DNA from: Saccostrea cucullata
Lineage: Eukaryota
NCBI RefSeq assembly: GCF_032062105.1
Contig: NW_026933448.1
Span: 496,001 to 560,000 of the forward strand
DNA length: 64,000 bases
Direction: 5' to 3'
In this document: piece by piece, positions 12,001-23,119 of the stretch
Numbering within the stretch: the first letter of the stretch is position 1
Layout: each line of letters starts with the position of its first letter
Made by a program: the position numbers and the translations under genes
Notes under the pieces: model-generated
Seen by the model: only the letters and a program-made list of their open reading frames with translations
What the model was told of the DNA's origin: nothing
Databases searched by the model: none

Positions 12001-14640
12001 ATTTTCAAAAAAAAGATTTGATGGTCATTTCCTTACTCTTATTTTGAATATATTACATCTCAGTTACTCATTGATTAAATATAAAGAAAAAAACCTTTTA
12101 CTTTTCAGATATTTTTGACTTTCTTTGGTGGCTTCGTTGCTGTTTCGGGAATAGAAAGTTGGAATCATTGCACAAGTAATCCTGATTGTCGCTGTATCCC
12201 AAACAGTTACAAGAACTATATAGCAGACTGTTCGAATCTCGCAATCGCAGAGGTACCGCGAACGCGACCTGATGTCGACACTCTAAATATAGGACATAAT
12301 AGAATAAGTCATATCATGCATCCGTTTAGTCCCACACTTGTGAATTTGGATATGTCTTATAACCAGCTTCAAAACTTTACTCACGACGTGTTCGCAAACT
12401 TAACACGCCTGAGAACTTTAAATTTAGAAGGAAATCAACTTCAACTGGACGAAAGCGTACTTAGACCGGAAGTCTTTCGAGACTTAAAAGCTTTACGTTC
12501 AATATACATTAAAAAGACTATAGTCAAAGCACGGAGCACATTTCCATACAAAATGTGGGGCCATCTGTCCTCGTTAGAGACTCTCCGGATTGACGTCATA
12601 TCATCGACACAATTTGGTCGACAGTTTCGCTCACTGACGTCACTGACAGCCCTAAACGTATCAGGATTGTCTGGATTTTGCTCGATAGAAGAAATTGGAG
12701 AGAAGTTCTTGGAAAATCTGCCTCTCTTAGAGATTCTGGATTTGTCTTGTTGTCACATAAAAGGATTCTCAGCAGGTGCTCTGAAAAAACAACAAAATAT
12801 AACGGTCCTTGATATTTCATACAATGAAAAATTTACATTTGCAAGTTTTGCGAATATAACAAGCGATTTACAGTTTTCCAAAATAAAGGTTTTCAAAGCC
12901 AATAAAATCCACTGCACTTATGGAATAGGAACTTTGTTACAAATCCGTGACGTCATGCACTTTAAGAACACTTCTCTCGAAGAACTTTACCTAGAGAACA
13001 ACAGACTAGCTCTTGTAGAAAGATATGCTATCCGCTATTTTCCCCCAACTCTCAGAATAGTGTCGCTCGTCCGAAATAAAATGGCACTTGGTGCTTACTT
13101 AATGGATGTCTTATTCTTGACAGGGATGGAATCACTTGACTTGTCCCTCCAAATGACTTCAAAGCCCACCAGCAAACTGATAGACGCTTTCATTTGTCAG
13201 AACCCTTTACGGCCTTCCGATAACACAATAGAGAGACATTCCAACAAATACAACACAGAACCATTTCAAATGAGATATAATGCTAATATCTCCGTAACTC
13301 TGCCAAGAAATTTAAGAACTCTCATTCTGAGAACAATCGGCATACGTCTGGAACTCTCTGCGATTCATGTTAACCCGTCCAATCAGTTGACCCATCTTGA
13401 CCTTTCACAGAACGTCATAACCAGCTTCAAGGGACCCATTATAGGATTTAATAAACTTCAATATTTGGACTTATCAGGTAACCTTTGTTCCTTGCTTTCA
13501 ACCAGGTTATTTGATTTTACGACAGCACTGCAAGTTTTAAAGCTTAACAACAACCTGTTAGGTTTCAGTTTGAAAGACGATTTGGACGGAGGAACCTTTA
13601 AGAATCAGGTCAATCTTCAAGAGCTAGACTTATCGGACAACAGAATACAACAGCTTCATGAAAAACTATTCAAAAATCTAGGAAAGCTTCAAAAGCTGAA
13701 CTTAAGTTCAAATTTCTTGACGGAATGGAATGTGAAGATTGATAATATGTGGAACCTGATCATGATTGATATCTCAGACAATACGATAATGCAACTCAGT
13801 CAGGACGCCACAGTGTCGATTGCAGAAATATCAAAAAAGAATAGACACTTTAAAATTTTTCTGGCAGACAATCCTTTTGCTTGTTCGTGCGATTCTCGAC
13901 ATTTTCTACAGTGGTCTTCCAAAAATCGCAAACATATCTCGGACTTTCATCAGATGAAATGTAAGTTAGACAATGGAACAAGCTTTGGTTTCCAAGACAT
14001 AGAAACAGTTTTGCGATTGCTTGAAATTCAGTGTAAAAATTATCAAGTGTTAACATTCATAATAACTTCTGTCATAGTGTGCTTCGTGATAATCATCGTT
14101 ACCGGTTTAGTTTACCGGTACCGATGGAAACTACGTTACTTGTTTTATATGACCAAAAACAAATACCGATTAGCCAAACCTATATATCAAGATACGTTTA
14201 CGTTTGATGCCTTCATATCATACGCTGATGAAGACAGGGATTTCGCACTGCACGAGTCGATTTCCCAGCTAGAGAAATCAAGAGGACTGCACCTGTGCCT
14301 CGACAAGAGGGACTTCCGGCCCGGTACAGAGATCGCAGCAAACATTACAGAAGCTATCACCAAGAGTCGTAAAACAATCATAATTCTGTCCAATCACTTC
14401 CTGAACTCTTACTGGTGTATGTATGAATTCAATATGGCCAGAATGGAGAGTATTTATACCCGGGATGGAAAGGGCGTACTGTTCATGGTTATGTATCGAC
14501 ACGTGACTGCTAAGATGTTGCCTTTATCAATGCTGGCCTTGGTAGAAAGTCATTCCTATATCGAGTACCGCGACGATCCTCAGGGGAACGTCGTATTCTG
14601 GGACAAAGTAGCTGACACATGCAAAAATCCGTCAGATTAA
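4600..14640 (+). CDS. TLR: Toll-like receptor A, join(4600..4617,12109..14640), 849 aa: signal peptide-LRRNT-LRRs-LRRCT-TM-TIR
   Basis: LxxLxLxxN repeats; LRRCT NPFACSCD...C; TM VLTFIITSVIVCFVIIIVTGLVY; TIR FDAFISY, RDFRPG, SYWCMYEF, FW. Phase-0 GT/AG junction 4617|12109 gives a plausible signal peptide MGSYNWIFLTFFGGFVAVSG. Confidence 0.92.
5761..5905. other. Assembly gap (145 N)
   Basis: Run of n. Confidence 1.
6032..7129 (+). CDS. gag: Gag-like ORF1 of the YR retrotransposon, with C-terminal Cys/His zinc fingers
   Basis: Low-complexity N-terminus; IISGQYIDLATL; WKEYDTQFR; CFNFNYKGSC..C..HSCIRCGSNH...C. Confidence 0.85.
   Translation: MPPRAKKRRMAQPAATATQQPSGSQATVSVNSQTYSSTASAGCPVHVPIPPTQAPSTSVVAEAQPMLTTSAGPSFAPTTSGATISTPTDVGTTPAPVPSIHMIGMNVSSTVKQRIISGQYIDLATLVTPKSGSDEKKLVMNSMGEIIYKDANPKKVENIEQWTDLMLIFASVYLSAHPAKTLDLLKYIQTVRMGVSRGAISWKEYDTQFRLRKEQNPVSSWGEIDSELWLMYMHSGPAYNVTNAPKTNNDKCFNFNYKGSCDKFPCMYKHSCIRCGSNHSQIHCLTQASNTGSAQIFRQQNFSGQFYGQSSFRPQTTNANTNYKGYSTNANTNYRGYSSSNTQRPTYSRPRFRTPQSMASRFNAY
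6759..8726 (+). CDS. pol: Reverse transcriptase-RNase H (DIRS/Ngaro type); true start uncertain, conserved domain begins ~7120
   Basis: SPIGLVPK, WRLITHLS, DIKSAFR, LPMG, HYLDDF; RNase H TDSSG, LELVPV, HIDNQAVV, NVVADSISR. Confidence 0.95.
   Translation: MHPKPIMINASISITRDLVTNSHACINTVVFDVVVTIHRYIALHKPQTLGPHKYFANKILVVNSMDSQVFVHKPPMQIPTIRGIQPMQIPIIGGIPAATPSAPPTQDQDSAPRNLWRLGSTPINVHALKKCLVHYPNRIIANRLIQGFSQGFKLHYHGPRLPIQCNNLKSAEDHPNELKEKIDKEIEMGRIQGPFTKIPISNLRLSPIGLVPKGDNLGWRLITHLSFPKFSSVNSYIDPCETAVQYSSFDSVIQMIAKLGKGAFIGKRDIKSAFRLLPIFPGDFDLLGFKFQGNYFIDKCLPMGCSISCKVFEDFTTILQWATIQRSKTSTMDHYLDDFIFAGRDAHSCQDLMSNFQDVCDDIGVPIAEDKSEGPTMVMTFLGFEIDTYHMLVKIPNSKCLELQGILHHLVVQRKMTLQQLQSVLGKLNFFTRAIRPGRAFLRRLYNATIGVSELHYHIRITQSMRQDLYMWINFLESFNGTVYFLDIEWTSDNNINFYTDSSGSSYLGCGAYFKGEWCFYPWPETWASNDLLKDMTFLELVPVVLAVYLWGNKLANKKIILHIDNQAVVAIINKLTSKSERVMKLLRPFVLASMNYNILFRAVYIPSKDNVVADSISRKQWARFRQAAPHAREHPCPVPLSFRNIISSLSLLNF
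8621..9604 (+). CDS. Tyrosine recombinase of the retroelement (non-ATG ORF start)
   Basis: HGFLRVGEL (R), SKTDQ (K), SHSFRIG (HxxR), GRWKSDSYKSYIR (W, catalytic Y). Confidence 0.95.
   Translation: MGQIPTSSSTCQGTPLPSAPIFPQHHLQPEFAKLLDASVSENTHKSHRAGMAAYYKVCRLIDCTPWPPTLNSVVQFVLHSSSSGLAYGTVRSYLSAISFYCKLQSVHDPTPEFLVTKLLQGMKRLRHKVDTRLPITKTILLNIIQVLPIICTNAFETALFSAAFSLAFHGFLRVGELTVNTREGDQQNTIQFDNLSINHETQSLLLTIRYSKTDQLGKGKVLQIDKQGGVACPYQLITKYVSIRPEGSGPLFRHFDLSPLTRYQFTGVLCKAVKHLNLPGISGYKSHSFRIGASTDLALKGFSTHDIQRSGRWKSDSYKSYIRIPKF
9623..10204 (+). CDS. SGNH/GDSL hydrolase (esterase/lipase), ORF4
   Basis: Block I WLVGSS, block II GYSG, block III HCGGND, block V DGVHL. Preceded by TTTTTATATACAG, an acceptor-like site (AG 9621-9622). 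Confidence 0.88.
   Translation, partial: TIWLVGSSIIKHAFLEAVLRPGGTNLTLERKHISLWWQGYSGLQLSKTKQKSRTLGKVGPVPNFILIHCGGNDLGNVSIRKIRVVAKQLVLFLRNHFRNSRIIWSFILPRLQWRYSANLKAMENARKRVNSGITAIVLQSGGAIIRHSDIKPDPALFLQDGVHLSSLGNNIFLNSLQGGLEAIVAHGQSCFPN
11116..11687. mobile_element. MITE with ~78-bp TIRs and 8-bp TSD (hAT- or P-like) in the TLR-A intron
   Basis: CACTGGCACTTGTTT.../...AAACAAGTGCCTGTG; TSD GTCCTGTT at 11108-11115 and 11688-11695; absent from the paralogous TLR-C intron. Confidence 0.9.
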
Positions 14641-14989
14641 AGTAGCCGACACCTGCAACAGGTCCTTATGACAACAACGCTGATACCTGTGAAAAACCTT
14701 CTTTATATAAAAAACAAAACAGATAAAATGAAGAAAAGTAAAGAAAAAACCTTATCGATGAAACGTGTGGAGATAACGAACAGCATTCAAGGTCAAAAGT
14801 CCAATTAGTCAGAGTCAAATTAGGAGCAGAGCAAACAAGGACCAAAACATTGCATTTGGGATTATTTGTCATGGAGGAGTGATGATCCCCTGCGGACGGG
14901 TCACATCTTAAGAAACTTACAAATATATAGATCTGTCAATAAGCATTTTATTACAAAGATGACGGAAAGCATACTCAAACTCGTATATA

Positions 14990-15736
14990 TATGTAGGACT
15001 CCAAAGTGCGAGGGTGACGCCAATTTAAGTCCGATGGTCACGCCAGAGTCCGATGATTTGACACGCCAAAGTTCTATGGTGTAGAAAACAATTAATGTTT
15101 ATGAAGTCATAGTACTACTGCACAAAAACGCAATGCCATCCCATGCCGAGGCTCGATGGTTTAGAATAAATACAAATAAATATTCAATGCAAAGACTAAG
15201 CCTAGTCTTGTGGATATAGGTGCGAGATTAACACTTATCAGTCAAAAAATGTGTGTAACAACCATAAGCTAGGTATCTTTGATGGGTGGACTAATCCAAA
15301 TAAGTCCAATAGTGTGCGAGGACTAATTATAAAATCTCTCGGGTGAGTTTGAAGAAACACATTGGTGTTCAAGAACTAACCCTTATCAGTCTAATGGTGT
15401 ACAAGGACTAACCCTAATAGCTCTAGTGGGCGAAAACAATAGGCAAAATCAGTAAAATCGTATTCGAGACAAATGCTAAATCAATGGATTTTGAATGCAG
15501 AACAACGCCATGACGTCCGTCTATTGTGATGTCATAAACGTTGATAGTTCCTTCCCACCATCGCACTTTAGCGCAACGTGCCTCATAGGAAACAAACCAT
15601 CGGACTTTGGCGTGTCCATCGGACTTTCGCGTAGAGACGTCCGTAAAGACAGCGTGCCATCGGGGTTTGGCGCAGGCCATCGGGCTTTGGCGAGACCATC
15701 GGGCTTTGGCGTCACCATCGGACTTTTGAGTCTTAT
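14990..15736. mobile_element. Non-autonomous TIR element with subterminal AAAGTCCGATGG..CGCC repeats, inserted in (TA)n
   Basis: The left end GACTCCAAAGTGCGAGGGTGACGCC matches the reverse complement of the right end GGCGTCACCATCGGACTTTTGAGTC. Multiple CCATCGG repeats at 15597-15722. Confidence 0.7.
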
Positions 15737-15899
15737 ATATATATATACAATATACGACAAGTAATAGCAGCTGCAAAATACCTTTATTTCTCAACGGAGG
15801 CCTGCTACATTTCAAAACGGCACTTACTAAAATATAGTCAATTATATTGAATCTATTTTTAATCATTTATTGTGCATGCAAAACTTGAGCACAAAATTT

Positions 15900-16535
15900 A
15901 TGGATGGCTCAGACTTCACATTGAAGAATGAACTTCTGCGACCACACAATGAGAACTTGCTGGTCAGCTGTGATGCAATATCACTTTACACAAATATGCA
16001 ATCAGGCACGTAGCAACGGGGGGGGGGGGGAACAGGGGGGCCTGTCCCCCTTTTTTCCCAAATATTACCTTTACTAATGAATATGTTCATTGAAAGCTTG
16101 GTTGGCCCCCACACTTCCTACCACAGTAAAGTGATATCAATATTCCATGCAAAAAAATTGGTAGTGAAAGGAAGTTGGCATTGAAAAAAGTTGGCCACTT
16201 ACACCCACCCACCCCCCACCCCCCTCCCCCTTACGAAATATGATTTTTGAGTTTGGGCAATTTTTTTTGTTTGTCAACTTTAACAGGTAAGTAAAAAAAA
16301 GATTTCTCTGGTTGCCCCCACCCCCACTTTCAAATTCGATGCTATGTGCCTGGCAATAGGAGAAGCTAATGGCTGGTGTTGATACGGCTTACAGGGAAAT
16401 TCTCGGTAATAGCCCAGCCGACATTAGACCTAAATTATTTAATCAGATTTATCCCAGAAAGTAATATATTTGTATTCCATGCAAATATATACAAAGAAAT
16501 AATTGAATACGCGATGGGTTCTAAGTCAGGGACCC
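15900..16535 (+). pseudogene. Penelope-like RT fragment, interrupted by a MITE
   Basis: LLVSCDAISLYTNM and LIRFIPESNIFVFHANIYKEIIEYAMGSK resemble the PLE RT motifs DVxSLYTNI and NxFxF..Y.Q..G.AMGS. Confidence 0.6.
16003..16352. mobile_element. MITE with CAGGCAC TIRs and 5-bp TSD GCAAT
   Basis: CAGGCACGTAGCA / TGCTATGTGCCTG; GCAAT at 15998-16002 and 16353-16357. Confidence 0.75.
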
Positions 16536-17609
16536 TTAGTCAGAATCGCATACATTCTGTATGCGATATTCGTTAACATGAAATTACCAATTAAACTGAT
16601 TTATAAAATTATTAAAATATCAGGATATTCAAAGAAATAAAAATATTGCAATGCAATCCTCCATCAATAACCTATCGTGTCATTTAACGCAATAAAAAAA
16701 TTGACTGATATGCTCTTCTCCTAACTAATTTGATAATCTGTATAAAAGATGTGCAAATAAGCTCCTGATGATAGCGGATTTGCAGCTAATTAATATACTA
16801 TCAAAATCATAAACCTCGTATATATCACACCGCCGAAGCACTAGATTAGTGCCGAGTCAATTGATTCGAGGTACATGGCTGATGGGAACCACTTTTTTTG
16901 AAGAAAAAAAAATCAACATAAAAGGCTTGAGCTATTGCAAAATTGAAATTTAAATGAATTTACTACGCAATATTATTTGGGACAAATTTTGACATCGATG
17001 ATATGCCTTTGACTATTGACGGTCAATCTTTTATGTATGAACGTCTATCATGTACAAATGACAAAGAAAATTTGCTGACAGGCAGACAGGTAAAAAGAAA
17101 ATATGATACATTTTCTGGCTATTCAAGAAATAATATAATTTGCTAGAAATAACACTTAATTAAAACGACACTTCTTCAGTGGCGCCGTATGCAATCACAA
17201 AGTTCAATACATTCCTACTTGATATCGAGCAATTCTTTTAAATGCATGATGGTCATTATTTTTCGTTTTATAAAGTGTCATTTCTTTAAGATATTTTATT
17301 TATTAAAACATTCGTGATGACACGTGATCACGCATAAACGACTTATTAGTAAGGAAACAAAACTCTCGCGTTTACAGAAAAAGGACCCCTTTCACCTCCA
17401 AACCATGTCCAGGAAATTAGAAAACTTTCTAAATCATTTCTTGTGCAAAGAACAAAATACACTTTTTATATAAACATTGTAAATTACACCTTAGTAGTTG
17501 TCAATTATCTCACAATCACTTTAATAGACGCATCAAATGTGTCGTTTTCTGAGCACAGTAAGTTCTTCACTTGACCAGGATTGACACCTATGTCATCAGA
17601 GCAATGCAC

Positions 17610-18310
17610 TAAATCTCAAAGTCCATAAAACAATACAAACTAAGAGTAGAGAAATACGGACCTCCCAAACATCAGAGGTGGGATCAGGTGCTGTGGAGAA
17701 GTGAATATCCCCTGCTAACCGGTCCTTCGTCAATTTAGTGTATAAATAATGGACTAACAATTAGTATGAAAATTGTCAGTCAGCATTTGACTCAATGATA
17801 AACTGTATTTGCTGACAAGGTCATTGTATCGACCATAGAACTTACGAAATAATGACTTTAAATTAGACGGCTGATATAATTATATAACATATTCGGCAGT
17901 GAATTGAATTCTCCTTTTGGGGAAACAAAAATACAGTCGCCTTTCTCTGAATAAAATATATGGAGATATCAAACAGCATTCAAGCTCAGAAGTCCATTGA
18001 AACAAAATCAGGAGCAAATAAATCACGGGCCTCTAAAACATTGGAGATGGGAGCAGGTGAAATAGAGAAGTGAGCATGTTCTGCCGACATTTAATTATTA
18101 TGAAAAAAGTAGAACAGCATTTTATCAATGATAGGTACTGGTATTTGCTGACAAGTTATTGTATTGTTGTATTGAACAAATATTTAAATGAAAACTTCAA
18201 ATAAGACTGTTGATATCTTTGTTTCATTAACTTGTTTGTCAATAGCTTACCTCGTTTAAGAAATTGTTCATACGTTGAGCTTGCTCTTGTATAATTTAAT
18301 CAATAGGAGA
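17610..18310 (-). mobile_element. Two tandem Penelope-like 3'-end fragments
   Basis: Match 26195-26570 and 27170-27370 (GACAAGGTCATTGTATCGACCATAGAACTT). Confidence 0.65.
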
Positions 18311-18533
18311 CATACATATTCAATTGATAAGGGGGTTTACCCCGTATTTCACAGTCATGGAAATCATTCAAACTCACAAATGACCCATCGTCATAAAGTA
18401 TACGTATGTCACTAATGCATGAAATTTTGCATGAAAACCATTTTCTAAAGAAAAATGGCTTTTTATTTATAATTATTTTTTTTTTCAAAAACAGTGGATC
18501 TAAACAAAGAAATGTGTCATTTTGTAAGGATTT

Positions 18534-18877
18534 CCCTAACAAAAATTTACGATAGTTAACTATAGTTCATTATAGTTAACTATAGTTAACTATAGAGAAC
18601 ACTTTGACACTTTGATTTTCTACGAATCTTTACTCTAGAACTTTTAAAAAAAAAATAAAGCCTTAATATATCTTAAATTACATATTAATGATGTAGTTTT
18701 TTGATAAAATATATAAGTGTACACGCAATACGAAAAATATTTGTAGGAAGTTTAGAAAATTAAATATATCTATCTGAAATTTATAGTAAAAATACTTAGA
18801 TTTACGATAGTGAAAACTTTTATTTACTATAATTAATTATAGTAAACTATAGTTAACAATAGTACTTTTTCTAAGGG
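18534..18877. mobile_element. CCC...GGG MITE (CACTA/EnSpm-like) with TAGTTAACTA subterminal repeats
   Basis: Absent from the paralogous 25050-26064 copy; flanked by TT on both sides. Confidence 0.7.
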
Positions 18878-19657
18878 TTGTCGTAGAAGCATAACCATGC
18901 ATGAAACATATTTAACCAAAACATATTTTTAAAATCATTTATAATTTTTGGCAACAAATCCTCGTCGACAGTATAAAATTTTAATGTCAAAATCTAAAAA
19001 TAATCTAACCTGTTGTCCTGTTGTTACAATTATGTCATCCATACTAGTTTTAAGGACATGACGAACTCGCTTCTTCCTTATAGTTCATTACATAAATTTT
19101 CCTTTTCAGTCTTAAATTGTAACAAACCATTATATATGTATTTATTATATATATAATGTATAGAAATTGTTTTCTAATTCTTTCATTTTTAGTTCAGAAG
19201 AACTTTGAAGAGAGGCAAAGAATATGAATTGAGGATGGCAATAACAGGTTTTTCAAACCGTTAAACGACCAAGAGGAGTGACGTTTCTTTTGTTCCAGTG
19301 TTGCATTGATTTTTTGAATTACTAATTTTAGTTGCATTATAAAGCATAAAATTTGATATATTTTGAAGATTTGTATAAAATATATAACATATACATGTAT
19401 CAGTCTTATATTTTAAGAAGTATTTCTTCCTTGTATAAAACTAGTTTGCTATGAACAATTTAACCAACATATTTTTTTCATTTAATTAGCTATTATTATT
19501 ACCATTAGGGAAATTATAGACCTAAATAGGAAGAGTTATAAAATAATTCTGTCATGTGAGACCTCTTAAAAAAGTTTGAATGTCTTTCATATTCACTGAT
19601 CATCCATATGTCAGAACACTTCTAACGTTATAGATATATTCAACTTTTGTCAGAGAA

Positions 19658-22597
19658 ATGGGAAGCAATAATTGTGTAAGTTTTATTTAACCTATATTTA
19701 AACAACACAATATCTTATGTAAATTTACGTTTTTCCTTTACTATTGTTGTTCGTTTCCTATCACTCTTTTTCAATGGGGAACTCACAACCAGAGATTAAT
19801 CATTGCATGGTCAATATAAGGGTCTGTCTTAAAATGCACTTCTCCCCCAAAAGTCTTTCTTGAATAAAGTCATTTGCTCGGTAAACATGAAGATGCAACG
19901 CAGGCAACATCACTGTAGAAATGTGTAAAAAATAAAAATTTCAGGGGAAAAATCTTTGATGGTTAATTTCTTATTCATATTTTTGAATATATTACCTCAT
20001 TCATTCATTTATTCCTCGTAGATACTGTACTAAAAACATGAAAAACTATCTTTACATACGTTTGCTTTTCAGATTTTTATTACCATTCTCGGTGGTTTCA
20101 TGGCTGTTTGGGGAATAGAAAGTTGGAATCATTGCACAAGTAATCCTAACTGTCGCTGTATCCCCAGGAGTAACCAGAGGTATCTAGCAGACTGTTCAAA
20201 TCTCACAATCACACAGGTACCCAAAACTCGACCAGATGTCGACACTCTAAATATAGGACATAATAGAATAAGTCACATCTTGCACCCGTTCAGTACAACC
20301 CTTATACATTTAGATATGTCTTATAACCAAATTCTAAATTTTACAAACGATGTGTTCGCAAACTTAACACGCTTAAGAACTCTAAATCTAGAGGGAAATC
20401 AACTCCAAATGGACAAAAGCATATTCAGACCGCAAATCTTCCGAGACTTAAAAGCTTTACGTGCACTAAACATCAAGAAGACTACAATCAAGGTTCGGAA
20501 CAACACATTTCCTGATAAGATGTGGAAACATCTCTTCTCATTAAAGACCCTCCGAATTGACGTCTATTCTTCGACACAATTTGGTCGACAATTTCGCTCA
20601 TTAACCTCACTGAATGTTCTAGATGTATCAGGCTTTTCGGGGTCTTGCTCGATAAAACAAATTGGAGAAAGGTTCTTTGAAAACCTGCCTCACTTGGAGG
20701 TTCTGGATCTGTCCTCTTGTCAGATGAAAAGCATTGCAGCAGGTGCCCTGAAGAACCAACGAAATATAACGATCCTTGATATTTCATACAATAAAAAACT
20801 TACATTTGCAAGTTTTGAAAATATAACAAGCGATTTACAGTTTTCCAAAATAAAGGTTTTCAAAGCTAACAAAATCCACTGCACATATGGTTTAGGTACT
20901 GTGATACAAATTCGTGACGTCATGCACTTTAGGAACACATCTCTCGAAGAAATTTACCTAGAGAACAACAGACTAGCTCTTTTCGAAAGATATGCTCTCC
21001 TCTATTTTCCCCACACTCTCAGAATAGTGTCGCTCGTCCAAAATAAAATGGCACCTGGTACTTACTTAATGGATCTTATATTCTTAACAGGGATGAAATC
21101 ACTTGACTTGTCCCTCCAGTTGGCGTCCACGCCCATCAGCAAACTAGTAGAAGCTTTCATTTGTCAGAATCCTATACGACCTTCCGATAACACAGTAGAG
21201 AGACATTTCAACAAATTCAGCACAGAAAATTTTCAAATGGGATATAATACCACCATAACTCTGCCAAGAAATTTAAGAACTCTCATGCTGAGAACAAGTG
21301 GCATACGCCTGGAACTGTTTAGGATTCTTGTCAACCCGTCCAATCAGTTATCCCATGTTCACCTCTCACAGAATGTCATTACCAGATTCACAGGACCCAT
21401 TATAGGATTTAATAAACTGAAATATTTGGACTTGTCAGATTGTCTTTGTTCCTCGCTTTCAACCGGGTTTTTTGATTTTACGACAGCGCTGCAAGTCTTA
21501 AAGCTTAACAAAAACATGTTAGGTTTCAGTCTGAAAGATGATTTGGACGGAGGAACCTTTAAGAATCTGGTCAATCTTCAAGAGCTAGACTTATCGGACA
21601 ACAGAATACAACAGCTTCCTGAAATGTTATTCAAAAATCTAGGAAAGCTTCAAAAGCTGAACTTAAGCTCTAATTTCCTGACGGAATGGAAGATGAAGAT
21701 TGATAACATGTGGAACCTGCTCATGATTGATATCTCAGACAATGAAATAAGGCAACTCAGTCAAGACGCCACAGACTCGCTTTCAGAAATATTTTTTTAA
21801 AAAATAGACATTTTAAAATTTCACTGACAGACAATCCTTTTACTTGTTCATGCCATTCTCGACATTTTTTACTGTGGTCTTCCAAAACTCGCAAGCATAT
21901 CTCGGACTTTCATCAGATGAAATGTAAGTTAGACAATGGAACAAGCTTTGGTTTCCAAGACATAGAAACAGTTTTACGATTGCTTGAGATACAGTGTAAA
22001 AATTATCAAATGTTAACATTCGTCATTACTTCTGTCATAGTGTGCTTCGTGACAATTATCGTTACTGGGTTAATTTACCGGTACCGATGGAAACTGCGGT
22101 ACTTGTTTTATATGACTAAAAACAAATACCGATTAGCCAGCCCTATATATCAAGATACGTTCACGTTTGATGCCTTTATATCATATGCCGATGAGGACAG
22201 TGATTTCGCGGTGCACGAGTCGATTTCCCAGCTAGAGGAATCTAGAGGACTGCGCCTGTGCCTCAGCAAGAGGGACTTCCGGCCCGGTACAGAGATCGCA
22301 GCAAACATTACAGAAGCTATCACCAAGAGTCGTAAAACAATCATAATTCTGTCTAATCACTTCCTGAACTCTTACTGGTGTATGTATGAATTCAATATGG
22401 CAAGGATGGAGAGTATTTATACCCGGAAGGACGTACTGTTTATGGTTATGTATCGACACGTGACTGCTAAGATGTTGCCTTTATCAATGCTGGCCTTGGT
22501 AGAAAGTCGGTCCTATATGGAGTACCCCGACGATCCTCAGGGGAACGTCGTATTCTGGGACAAAGTAGCTGAAACATGCAAAAAGCCTTCAGATTAA
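19658..22597 (+). pseudogene. TLR: Toll-like receptor B, join(19658..19675,20073..22597), with one frameshift at ~21792-21802 (581-aa LRR-only product if the frameshift is real)
   Basis: Paralog of TLR-A/C; exon 1 MGSNNC|GTAAGT. The T7A6 run has 2 extra nt relative to A and gives TAA at 21798. The downstream frame is open through LRRCT-TM-TIR. Confidence 0.88.
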
Positions 22598-22835
22598 AGT
22601 CGACGACATCTGCAAAAAGCTTTCAGATTGATTGAGTCGACACCTACAAAAAGCTTTAACATCAAATTAGCGACCTCCTGCAAAACCCTTCAAGATTAAA
22701 CTTACCGACACCTGCGATAGGTTCTTGAGGCAAAAAAAAACCTGTCAAAAGCCCTTCTAAGATAAGTAGCCGACACCTGCAAAAAGCCTTAAAAATTAAA
22801 CTAATCAACACCTGCAATAAGTTTTTAAGACAAAA
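22562..22835 (+). repeat. ~34-bp degenerate tandem repeat spanning the TLR stop codon and 3'UTR
   Basis: Units like AAAGTAGCCGACACCTGCAAAAAGCCTTCAGATT; shorter arrays after TLR-A (14605-14700) and TLR-C (42309-42460). Confidence 0.75.
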
Positions 22836-23119
22836 AAATAAAATCTTTCAAAAGCCCTTTTCAAGATAAGAAAAATATAGATGAAATATAAAAAAAAGTG
22901 AAGAAAAAACTGTGATCTCCAAGAAACTAACAAACAATACAGATCTGAGAATAAATCTTTAACTCTGAAGATTGCTCCAGCTCAAAAGTCCATACAAACA
23001 ATACATATTTGGAGCTAAACAAAACACGCAAAGACTCCCTAAAAACAGGGGGGATCAGCACTGGAATTAATAAAGATAGTTAAAATTTGTGCTAAACTGC
23101 ACATCTTTAAAATTGTAAC

